Positions 1 through 10,355 of a stretch of DNA of 64,000 nt are shown piece by piece. Position 1 is the stretch's first letter. Each line of letters starts with the position of its first letter. The notes beneath the pieces were generated by a model that worked only from the letters and a program-made list of their open reading frames with translations, did not search any database and was not told the DNA's origin. This DNA is from Microthyrium microscopicum. Lineage: Eukaryota. The stretch lies in contig MU004231.1 in assembly GCA_010405405.1 (NCBI GenBank), positions 2,557,860-2,621,859 on the forward strand, given 5' to 3'. The position numbers and the translations under genes were made by a program.

Positions 1-484
1 TGTCAGCGGCAATGAATCAAGCCGCAAAAAGCAGAAAGTAGGCGATAAATCGAATCTGAAGGCTCCAATGGCTCCAAACCGAAAGGTATCTGCTTTGAAA
101 GGAGCAGGTTCCGGTAGCGAAAGTGAGAGCGGCCCACGAGGTCTCCATCGTATGAAGTCTAGCAAAGGTCCATCGCCTTCTGGCTCGCGAGCGCAAAGCC
201 CGGCTGGTCGCGCTAACGCTAGTCGGTCTGGTAGTCCAGCAGGTAAGTTCCTCACTGAGTAGATATCTTCAAGCACCATATACTAATTGAGCTTAGTGTC
301 CGGCTTGCCAAGTTCGGAAGAAATCATCGCAGCAATACCTGTTGGCACTGGCATCAAAGTCGGCGAGCTCTCGGCGTTGTTCAAGAAACGCGTTGCGCCC
401 TCGGATTTTTCGGCTTTTATACAGCTTGTGCGCTCTGTCGCCAATTGGGATAAGAAGTCGCAACTTGTCACCCGCAAATCATAG
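1..484 (+). CDS. TFG1: Transcription factor TFIIF large (alpha) subunit, 3' part only (gene starts before the window)
   Basis: Ser/Gly/Arg-rich region (GSRAQSP...SRSGSPA) spliced via intron 243-296 (GTAAGT...TACTAAT...TAG) to a C-terminal PSSEEIIAAIP..GI...EL..LFKKR...FIQLVR..V segment. This resembles the C-terminus I recall for Pezizomycotina TFIIF-alpha. Stop at 482-484. Confidence 0.65.
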
Positions 485-1956
485 ATACCCATTGAAATCG
501 CCATATACGGTTACCGCTTTCGACACCTTTTATCATTTCCATGCGTTTGTAGTGCAATCTTAGCGGTGGTTGAGCGACAACTTCTCCAAGAACAATTGAG
601 TCCTGTCTGCTCAATAGGATAGGCCAAAGGGACGGGTCACTCACAACACGGTGCTGGCCAAGACATTGGAATTCCATTACATGATCTGCTCTTAGCTGGA
701 GCACTACCTGGATAAGATGTATTGACCAGGTTGAAATGTAGTTTGAGTATCAACATATGCAAGACAATCACCATTGCCGCTGTCACCATGATCCTGAATA
801 TCAAATGCTGCAGTCGCACACCGTATTTCTTCCTCCTTGTTATGCTTTAGCGCTGCTGAATTCTCGACATAACTCAACTCTCCCATTGACAGATCTCTAC
901 ATCAAATGCTTCAGAGCTATCAAACATTACTGTCTTAGAACTATTGCACTATTGCCCGTTATATCAAACCTCCTACACTAACCACCCACTCAATGCATCT
1001 CCACGTCCTCCCAAAAACGAATCCCTCGCTCCCCCTCGAACCGAAGCGACGTTCAGTTCAGCGCCAAATTCCATATCACCTCGCCTAACCACAGCATAAA
1101 CGCACCTAACCGCCCCGACAAGCGCAGCCGCTGCCTTAACACGCGTAACCTCACTGCCATTCTAATTGGCCATATACCAACGCCACGCACCCCAGCCTTG
1201 CAGCACCAACGGGCCAATCAAAATCCTTGTACGCTTCAAGCTGTCAAATGCTCGTTCGCGGCCTGTTCTGTGGCCGTCTGCATGCTAGCGCAGGGCAAGT
1301 AGGGCCGAAAGGTAGGAACTGGCGAGGGTGGGTTGGCGTTTTGGGTTGGCGGTTAGAATATTCTTACTACTGCAAAAATCTAGTGCATGGGGGTGATCAA
1401 TGTTCATGATGGGGAAGGACAGTGCAGGCGTGGGATCGTCAGGGCCGAGACGGGTGAGAGCGGAGAAATTGATATGGGGCTGAAGAGGTGATCGGTATCT
1501 TCCATGAGCATTGAAGTGGTGTGTAGATTATCTGATCATTGTGATTGTGGACTCAATGGCGTTTAGAAGACTGTGGTAAGGCTGGAAGGATTGTGTTGTC
1601 ACGTCCGAATGCACAGCAAATGTTCTGAAAAGCAGAATGAGAGTAGTAATTATATTTTGCATAAGGACCTTGATTAAGTCTCGTATGAAGTGATAAGCTA
1701 TGTATAATATGCAAGTGATGCAATTGAGCCCATCCTGTGGAAACTCTTTTAGACAAATAGGAAATATGCGCCATGTATTTGCGCGTAGCAAGGACAATTC
1801 GTCCTGGTATTGTAGTATTCCCAAAATCCCAATCCGCTCCATGGTCCGTTGCGCTCAGTTGGGGTATCATTAGATGTTTGATCATAAAGAAAAATAGAAA
1901 ATGCCATCACACCGTTATTCCTCACAGTCACACAGTCCGCTCGCTGTAGCTCGCGA

Positions 1957-4644
1957 TCACCCTCGTTCAGCAAATTTGCTCAACCCAATAACCATCTTTG
2001 CGCTAATGCGCACGCCAAACTCAAGTAACCAGAGCGCCGTCTTGAAGCCTGCGCCCAGTACGCTGAGAATTCCGCGTGTGATACGTGGTAGGTCGTCCAT
2101 GTCGGTGAGATGCTCGATGCCCATGATCGCGTTTGCGCGCGTCCAATCGATGGCTTTCTTGTTGCCGCCTTTTGCGTTTCCTCTCACTAGCTTTACCAAC
2201 GAAACCGTGCTCATTGCTGCCTTTTTCTTCTCAGCTTCTGACACGCTGTTGCTGGAGGAATTGTTGGAGTTGTTGGAGAAGAAGCCCTTGCGGACCTTCG
2301 CCAGCATTAGTGATGGTGGTGGCGCGGCAAAGAAGAGACCTGGGTCTGCAGGCCGTTGGGACTCGGCGATGGCGACGGCAAGGATGGTGGAAACGCATAC
2401 GTCAAGCAGATACAAGTTTCCGAGGGCTTGGATGCCTGGTCCATCAATGTGCAGGATTTCTTCGGTGAAGTCGAGTTTTGCGAGGAGACCGCTTTTCTTG
2501 TTGGCGGGTGCTGCGGCATTGTTGAAGCTGTAGGCGGTGGGAGACATGGCATTGAGAGGAGGAGAGCCGTTGGCGGCGAGATGCGCAAAGGGGTTCATTA
2601 AGCTGATGGAGGCGTGTTTGCGGGATTTAGTGTTAGAGGAGATAGAGGCGAGCGCGGCCTTGACATCACCTTCTATGGCGACGGTGAATACACCGAGAGA
2701 AGGGTGGTTGAGCTCGTATTTGCCAGTGCGCGCGCAGCTGCGAAGCCAGGTGAGGGTACATGATTCACGCTCAGTGGCAGCTCGGACTGCTCGTTCAGCG
2801 AGACGGGCGGCGGCAGGAGACTCGGCTTTAGGATCAGTGACTGAAAGAGCATGGGCTTGGGCACTTTTTGATGCGTGTTCAAGGGCGTGAAGAGTGGCAA
2901 GGACTGGTGTCACTGTTGTGATCTGAGTCGCTGGCTCAGCGGATGGCATCTCTGGCGAGTGTCGGCTGGCTTTTGTCGCTGATGGTGCCGGTGGTTTGCT
3001 GATAAGCATGTGCGAGATGGGGAGTAGATCATCTTTGGGTAGAGGCTCGTCTTGGGTCTCCGATGCGTGATGGCGAAAGATAAGAGCTTCGGATGGCTCA
3101 TCGTCTTCATCTGCAGATGGATGGGCTTGAGCTAGGCTGTAGAATACTTCCTCTTCAGATGGACCAAAAGTGATCTTGCTCTGACGCTTTGCCTTGGAAG
3201 CTTGCTTGAACATCTTGAGATTGAAAGGGCCGCTGAGCGGAGCAGTGATTTGACCATTGGCAGCAGTCCAAAGATTCCCGAGTTGTCCCATGGTTGAGAT
3301 CTCACCGAGGCGGGGAGATGATGCAGTAGAGGTGGAAGACGAAGCAGAGGATGAGCTTACAGCATGATCATGCTTTATTCTTGCAAAAGGGGGTACGGGA
3401 GCGACCCGTTGTGGGTGATAACTTTGTTGCTGAAGAGGCACTGAGTGATCATATGTCGGAAACATGGACTGAATTGACTTTTCCATGACATTGGATGGGA
3501 GAGCTTTTTCTGGCGCATAGAAAGATTCAGGAGAATGAATTTCGTTCACAGTATTGGACCTGCTCAACACTGGACTTTCGTGGAGGGTTGCGGAGTCAGT
3601 AGAGGGGCGTCGACCTCTTGAGTATCTATCAGCAAATGGATCTTGCTGGATATGTGATGCGCGAGAAGAGATTGCACTTGGTGGAGTGGGAATGGTCTGG
3701 TTTGAGCGAACGGATGCTCTGGATGCACTTCTTGGGGGTGGTGGCGGTGGAAGAGGTAATGGGTTCTCTTCAATATCTGCCGATGGACGACGAGGCGGTG
3801 GTGGAGGTGGTGTGTATGATTGTAGTCTTTGCTGTTGCACGTACGAGCGCGTTCTAGAGTCATCAAACTTGGATCCAGGGCGAGATCCTGCAATAGATCC
3901 ATAAATAGAAGGGTTGGTCACGGGGCTATCGATGGTTTGAAGCAGAGTTGAGAATGTGGAGCTTGCGTGTGACGATGCGGCCGAGTATCCGCCTGATGTT
4001 CTCGTTGTGGAACTGGACATGCGACCATAGCCTTTAGTTGAAGATGAGCGCCGGGGTCTGGGTCTTGCTGGTGTACGAGATATGGATCGCTTCAGCTCCT
4101 CAGCGTCAATTGGTGGCGCCGGCAATGGATCGGTCTTTATCACTTCAGGATTGAATTCTGGAGGTTGGACGGATGTCCATGTTTGACGTGGCACTGAGTA
4201 AGTCGATTCTCGTGGCTGTTGTGGATGAACAGAATTCCTTGGAGGAGTTGAATGTTGTTCGGATTGTCTCCATGCCTGTGGCTGGGGGATTGGCTCCTGT
4301 GGTAGTTGTGGTACAGTCTCTATTCTTGGTAGTTGATTATTTTTCTCCAGAGAAGTTGATCTAGGTGGTAGAGGCAGTGAAGCAACAGGTGCTGGTTTTG
4401 GCGCTGTGAAGGTCTCAACTTCTTGTCGCTGTTCCTGAATTTCGACTGGCTTCTGTTCCATTGGTGGCACTGGAGCTGTTCTTGTTCTTGATGGACCTCT
4501 TCTCGCGACCGGCGCGGTTCTTTCTCTTGCAAATTGCCTAGTAGGTCGTACCTCTAGCGATTTCTTGATCAACTCATCCATCTCCTGTCTCCTTCTCTCC
4601 ACATCCGACACTGGCGGGAAAATATGAAGTGCCGGCGCAGTCAT
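1957..4644 (-). CDS. Conserved-looking fungal hypothetical protein, 895 aa: Pro/Ser-rich disordered N-half, folded C-half ending in a hydrophobic/amphipathic helix
   Basis: Uninterrupted 895-codon ORF from ATG 4644; PPPPPR motifs; SMFPTYD..VPL.QQ.Y.P segment; C-terminal LPRITRGILSVLGAGFKTALWLLEFGVRISAKMVIGL. Function not assignable. Confidence 0.8.
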   Translation of the reverse strand: MTAPALHIFPPVSDVERRRQEMDELIKKSLEVRPTRQFARERTAPVARRGPSRTRTAPVPPMEQKPVEIQEQRQEVETFTAPKPAPVASLPLPPRSTSLEKNNQLPRIETVPQLPQEPIPQPQAWRQSEQHSTPPRNSVHPQQPRESTYSVPRQTWTSVQPPEFNPEVIKTDPLPAPPIDAEELKRSISRTPARPRPRRSSSTKGYGRMSSSTTRTSGGYSAASSHASSTFSTLLQTIDSPVTNPSIYGSIAGSRPGSKFDDSRTRSYVQQQRLQSYTPPPPPPRRPSADIEENPLPLPPPPPPRSASRASVRSNQTIPTPPSAISSRASHIQQDPFADRYSRGRRPSTDSATLHESPVLSRSNTVNEIHSPESFYAPEKALPSNVMEKSIQSMFPTYDHSVPLQQQSYHPQRVAPVPPFARIKHDHAVSSSSASSSTSTASSPRLGEISTMGQLGNLWTAANGQITAPLSGPFNLKMFKQASKAKRQSKITFGPSEEEVFYSLAQAHPSADEDDEPSEALIFRHHASETQDEPLPKDDLLPISHMLISKPPAPSATKASRHSPEMPSAEPATQITTVTPVLATLHALEHASKSAQAHALSVTDPKAESPAAARLAERAVRAATERESCTLTWLRSCARTGKYELNHPSLGVFTVAIEGDVKAALASISSNTKSRKHASISLMNPFAHLAANGSPPLNAMSPTAYSFNNAAAPANKKSGLLAKLDFTEEILHIDGPGIQALGNLYLLDVCVSTILAVAIAESQRPADPGLFFAAPPPSLMLAKVRKGFFSNNSNNSSSNSVSEAEKKKAAMSTVSLVKLVRGNAKGGNKKAIDWTRANAIMGIEHLTDMDDLPRITRGILSVLGAGFKTALWLLEFGVRISAKMVIGLSKFAERG

Positions 4645-6133
4645 TCTTGCGGCCGAATATTAAAAGTCTTCAATTGAAAGTTGTGTATGGTTGTCCAGAT
4701 AATGGTGATTGAGTTACAGAACGTACTAGGGGGTAGGACGGGATATATTAAAGGCAACCCAAATCTATACTGGACCGTAAAGGAAAGTGGAAACGATTAC
4801 AAAGAACCAACGTGCTGGGGGACATGACGAAGTATTAAAGTTATCGATTGAAAAGCAGAAGGTACCATGTCGTTTCGACCATCCGTTTACCGCCCTCTTG
4901 CCGACGGCAGAACAGTCTTTTGCACAAGGCGCCCGAGCGACGGGAACCACCTCGACAGACGACAGGCACGCCCACAAGGTTCAACATGAACATCGAAACA
5001 GTAGAAGCTCAAAGCGGCCTGTTTGGTGGCCAATGACAGACATGCGCAAGCAAAAGTTGACAATGTGATGGACGTTGGATTTTGGGTTGTGATTGGACCG
5101 TCACCATGCAACTTTTTAAGCGCTGGAGTTGCGCCCAGCCTTCGCACCCTCTCTCTTGTGTCCATCCTGACAAAAGTTCGCAGGCGCTGGTTCATTTTGG
5201 ACAGCGGTTGCAAATAGACCCGTTTCATTCGTGGATAACACTCTTTTCATGGCCCATGTCATGACAGAACGCCATAATCGTGGGCTGCCACCGCAGTAGT
5301 GGCAAAGTGACAGCTACCAGCCCAGAGCGATGTCGAATAGCCCTGAGAGTTTGCAGCCCAGTCTCGTGCCTAGGGTGAGTATGTGAAGCTACTGAAAAGG
5401 AGGTACAAATTAGAGGTAAATAACGCTGGTTCAGGAAACAATAGTGTGTTTCTCGTCGCATTCGGCTGACAGGCCTGGATCTACAACGAACTCTTGAGTC
5501 TTGACCAACATCTATCTTACCAATGAACGACAAGGTATATTCTTAGTACCGCGTATTCCGAAAGAGACTTGATGAATGAGTGTGGCGCATGGGATTTGCG
5601 GCGATCAATGTTGGTATCTTGAACAGGTAAAGAGCATAATTAGCAACCAATTCAGGCATTGGTCGAGTTGATCCAATGAAGGGGAGGGAATCTCTGCGGA
5701 CAGTTGGCTTGCATGAGCTAAGGATCATGAGGAAGAGCTGAGGAAGGCAATGCAGTAGGATGCAGGTATGGCTCTTCAAGTCGGGGTACCTATGTTTGCC
5801 TTGCTGCGCATCTGATAATCCAACGGTGATGTGAGTTGGGATGATATGGGAGCTAAGAGTGATGTTTGAAGAGATGAACCAGAGAAAAGTCGCAGTTTCG
5901 TGGAGCCGCATCGAAGATGGAAGGAGCGCTTGGGCCCAGCGGCTCCTTCCCTCCCGTACCCAGTTTCATACAGGGGCAAGATCTTATCGTTATCGCATCT
6001 ACCATGCTTCGTCATATCTTTTCTGCTCGTGGGCTTCAAAACCTGGAGAAATATCATTATGCGCCCGCACAGCGCCTAGACCTACAAAGTGACCCCACTT
6101 GAAACAACGTCTTGTATAACCTTCTTTTACAGC

Positions 6134-7625
6134 ATGCCTACCGAACTAGAAGAAGTTTGTCTCCAGAGTCCTACCCTGACCCATCTTGTAACCCGCCCGC
6201 TGACACATCTTGTAGCTCGTCGAGTTCCTCCACCATGGCAACACTACTATACGCCAGCTGGGTATATCTGACTCTATTGCATGAATTCGACAATCCAGAC
6301 TGACCCGACATTATGGAAAAGCCGCTGAGAACCTTGTGGGATATTCTCATGCACAGCCTTCTATATTCAAAGCAGACAACTTGACTCCGATCAAGGACCT
6401 CAAGCTTCTAATTCGAGATCATCCTGTAAGTAAACCCACTCGTTTTTCGTTATGCAAAGCGGCGAGGAGTGTTGGTGGCTCTCCAACATCTACTCTTGCA
6501 AGGCAGAGACCATTGTTCCGCCGTCTATGATCTATGGAGGTGGCAAACAGTCCCGTTTTGTCAATCATGGGCACTGCGGTCATGCCGTCCTATTCCACTT
6601 TTCTACTACTTGAAGAGCAACATCGCCAGGAGCCGACTGAATTCATACTCTGTCCTTTCACCATACCAACACTGCTGACAAACCATGCCCAGCCAATCGC
6701 CAAAAATGCCCTCACAATCCTCATCAACCTCTCCAGCGATCCCCTCATACTCACCACCCTCGCCACCGACGAAACCTTCCTCCACGACCTCCTAACTCGC
6801 GTCACCGATGCCACCATCCCTACAGCTCTCGAACTCACTCAGCTAATAGCCAATCTCTCGAAACACAAAGACTTCCAAAAAGTCCTCACCACAAACCTTC
6901 CCGCCCGTCCATCCCTCAAGACCACCAGCACCCTCGCAATCGACCACCTCCTCACCGTTTTCCTCCTAGGCGAAGGAAGCAGATACAATGCGAACTGCGA
7001 TTATGCCTACCTCGCCTACGCCTTCGCCGACCTAGCACACCACCCTGCCGCCCGCACATACCTAACCACACCCAGAGCGGATGACCATAATCTCATGCCG
7101 CTGAGCAAAATACTAGTCTTCACAGACCACGCAGACGACATACGGAGACGCGGCGTCGCGAATACGATCAAGAATGTTTGTTTCCAAGTATCAGCACACC
7201 CATCCCTCCTTGCGCCTGTAGACCAGGGCGGCGCAAATCTCCTCCCATTCATACTACTACCACTCATGGGCGCCGAGGAGTACGCAGACGACGAAATGGA
7301 AGCCATGCTGGATGAATGCCAACTCCTCCCGCCAGACAAGGAGCGTGAGAAGGACGCAGATATATTGGTCACACATCTGGATACGTTGCTGCTGCTGACG
7401 ACGACGCGGAAGGGAAGGGAGGAGATGAGGAGGGTTCAGGTGTATCCCATTGTCCGGGAGTGTCATATGGCGGTGGATGATGAGGGGGTGAGAGATGCAT
7501 GTGATCGATTAGTACAGGTTTTGGCCAGAGATGAGCAGGAAGGTGAGGAGAAAGGGGAGCTGGAAAGTGGGTTTGTGGATGTCGAGGAAGAGGACGAGGA
7601 TATGCAGATACAGGACGTGATATAG
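6134..7625 (+). CDS. HGH1: HGH1 / FAM203 family (DUF383+DUF384) eEF2 chaperone, 4 exons
   Basis: Spliced model MPTELEE|LVEFLHHGNTTIRQLA|AENLVGYS...LKLLIRDHP|PIAKNALTILINLS with introns 6155-6215, 6262-6321 and 6426-6692. Conserved RRRGVANTIKNVCF, LLPFILLPLMG.EEY, LLLLTTTR.GRE.MR...VYPIVRECH and C.RLVQVL motifs; acidic tail. Confidence 0.93.
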
Positions 7626-7757
7626 ACGTAAAAAAGTATTTCGTTTATCAAGGCCAATGATAGCCAGCTGTTTCATTACTAGACTTTGTCCACTTCATTC
7701 AAGGCTGAAATTCGTAGGCCAAAGATATACATAATCTCTTCGTGAGCACTTCGACGC

Positions 7758-9796
7758 TTATTTCTTGGTCTTTGTCTTCTTCTTGGGCCGCTCAGGAAGT
7801 TCCTCCGGCTCATCGTCATCCACATCCATCGGCTCGGCATCCGCACCCGAGCCTTCATCATCACTTCCGCCCTCGCTTACATGATCTGAATCATACTCTT
7901 CTGCAACATCAGAGTCTGAGCCAGCATCAAAGTCGTCATCTATACTCTCATCGTCTTCGTCAGCCGAGCCGCGGTCTGCGCCAGGAGCGTCGTCGTCGCT
8001 GCTGGCGAGATCAGGATCGTGTAGTGCCTTCGATAGCATGGCGCTGGTCTATTGCATTTATAAGTAAAGAGACTTTTTTAGGGGAAGAGGTAGTGGTCTT
8101 ACCTCATCGGCCATTTCGTTGATGACTTTGATACCTTTAGCCTTGAAGAATTCTTCAAGCATTGTTTGCTCCTCTCTGCTCAAACTATTAGGGACGATCT
8201 AGATGGGAGGCGGGGTGGGACTTACCGGTTGATACTACTGAACTGATAGTCGGGCATCGAATTCTTCATGGAGACAGTGAGATCAAACGTTCTACTAGCC
8301 GTAAGAGCTCCACCGACCCGCGAAAGAGTCACACCCTGCACATTGTCGAATGATATATACGTCGCTGGCTTCGGCACAAACAGCAAACTTCGGTCAAGCG
8401 GGTACAAGAAACCCTCATTTGCCTTGATCGAGCACTTGACACCAGCCTGGCTATGCCGAGATGAAAAGTGCTTCGACTGGCCTGTAATCTTCTTTCCCGA
8501 TAGACCCTTGAACACGTTGGCAATGACTTGATGTTGTGGGCCCTCGTAGTGAGACTGTAGACGGTTGTTGTACTGTTCCTTGAGCTTGTCATCCGTCATG
8601 TTGAGATCTAGAGTGACCTCTTCGTCATTCTTGAATTGCATGACTAGGAAAGGATATCGGGTTTGGCCCTGACGGACGGGCGGGTCGAGACCCATGCAAA
8701 TGAGCTGATGGACGTCGTCGGGTTTCGGGAGGACAAAGAATTTCTTGATGGCGTCGTATTGGATACGGTAGCTGTATGTTTTGCCACGTAAGCGGAAGGA
8801 GCTTTCGTATAAATCAATGTCGAAGCGACCACGAGGTGTGAGATGGAGAACTTCAAGGAAGGTTGCGAATGTGTCGCCGGCAACTTCACCAATCTCAGCC
8901 TTCTCAACGAGGGTCTCGTAGAAGACGTTGGCGGCGTTCTGGTCCTCGCCTGCCTCGTCACCGTTCTCTGCTTCTTCGTCCTCATCGCCTCGGCTGGCAA
9001 CACCGGGTATGTAGAAACGCATTTCGACTAATTGATCAATGGCACCAGCAGATTTGTGACCATCCTTTGTGGTGTTACCTATTGAGCCATTGACTCCATT
9101 GGCACCATTAGCATCTTTGCCCTCTCCTGGCAGTTGAATCTCCACAGCGACTTCGTTCTTTCCGGCAAGATTGGTATTGAGAATCTCGTTGTAGGGTATT
9201 TCAAAGGCAGGTCGACTTGCGACGTTGAAGGACAATTCCTGCTTTCCAAACTCGACTTTGCCCCAGTTCCATCCACGAAGAGCGTGTTCTTTATTCTCAA
9301 AAGGAACATTGTACCAGTTCTTGAAGAGCTTTGTGACCTTTTCTAGGTCTTCTTGAGCGAAGCCATCCAGTTGGATGATGCCATTGGCACGTGAATATAT
9401 CCTCAACTCATAGCCACGAGAGGCTTTGCTCCATTGCGCATTTGTGATTTGTTGACTGTCTAGGGTCTTGGTCTCTTTTTCGCCTTGTTCTTTCCAAGCA
9501 AGACCAGCGTCAGCGAAACGGCATCGTCCAGGATTCTTGGAGAGGTCGAGATGGATGTTGTCGAAGGTTTCACTACGAAAGTTAGTTTTTTTGTTCGCAG
9601 GCGCTTTGCCTGTGCCCATCGACATGTTGACGTTGCAAGTGACAAGAAAACAACAGGCCAAAGTGAGGTTGAAGTTGTATTGGGTAAAGAAACTCGAGCG
9701 ACGCAGTGGCGCTCGCGGTTCTGATGGAACACAGAGTTGACAGGAGTCGCAAGCTACAGGATTGAAGTAGAAGAGCTGGAAAACTTACGTAGCCAT
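7758..9796 (-). CDS. POB3: FACT complex small subunit (SSRP1 homologue), 4 exons
   Basis: ATG 9796; introns 9573-9788, 8176-8225 and 8049-8102. Motifs LRGWNWG, LVEMRFYIPG, LTPRGRFDID, LDPPVRQGQTRYPFLV and VKCSIKANEG.LYPL; acidic C-terminus and basic NLS (RPKKKTKTKK). Confidence 0.96.
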
Positions 9797-10355
9797 ATGT
9801 AAGAGATGACAATCGAATTGATGGCAAGCGGCAGCGGATAGTTGAGTTGTTGAAGGGGTGAAGTTTGTGTGAGGCGGATTGTCGCATTCGACGATCAAGG
9901 ATGCTCAGCTTCGAGAAGGACGCGCTCTGGCGCCGCCTGGCACTTTCCTAGCTTGGCAAAAGACGCGCTTCGATCTCATGGATGATAGTTGTTCCAGCTC
10001 CGTGCCAAGACTCTAGTGGTGCCACTACGTTAGCCACAGCCACGTGCGGCGGGGCAGCTTGAGCCACGATACTTCGGACGGATCTAATCCCTGCCAGTAT
10101 CTAATCCATGCATCTTCCGCAAACATCCATTGATCAGTTGCAATTCCATTTTGCGTCACACCCAACAGGAAAATTCTTAACATTTTTCACTTCTTCCTTG
10201 ACTTCACAGAAGTGATCTACTAGCTGGACTGCAATCTCGTCGATCTAACATTCTTATAGTCACCCTCATATTCATTGCCGATGGATTTGAGTCTTGACTT
10301 CCTTCAAGTATGATCATGACTCCACGGTCTCAACCACAACTTGTTCCATGTGACA

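Noticed and set aside
6526..6590. In-frame TGA followed by a stem-loop, suggesting selenocysteine or readthrough
   Set aside because: Intronic, lacks the SECIS GA quartet partner, and ascomycetes are not known to have Sec machinery.
6534..6692. Apparent N-terminus MEVANSPV... of the 363-aa HGH1 ORF
   Set aside because: Lies inside intron 3; the conserved HGH1 N-terminus (MPTELEELVEFL) is encoded by upstream exons.
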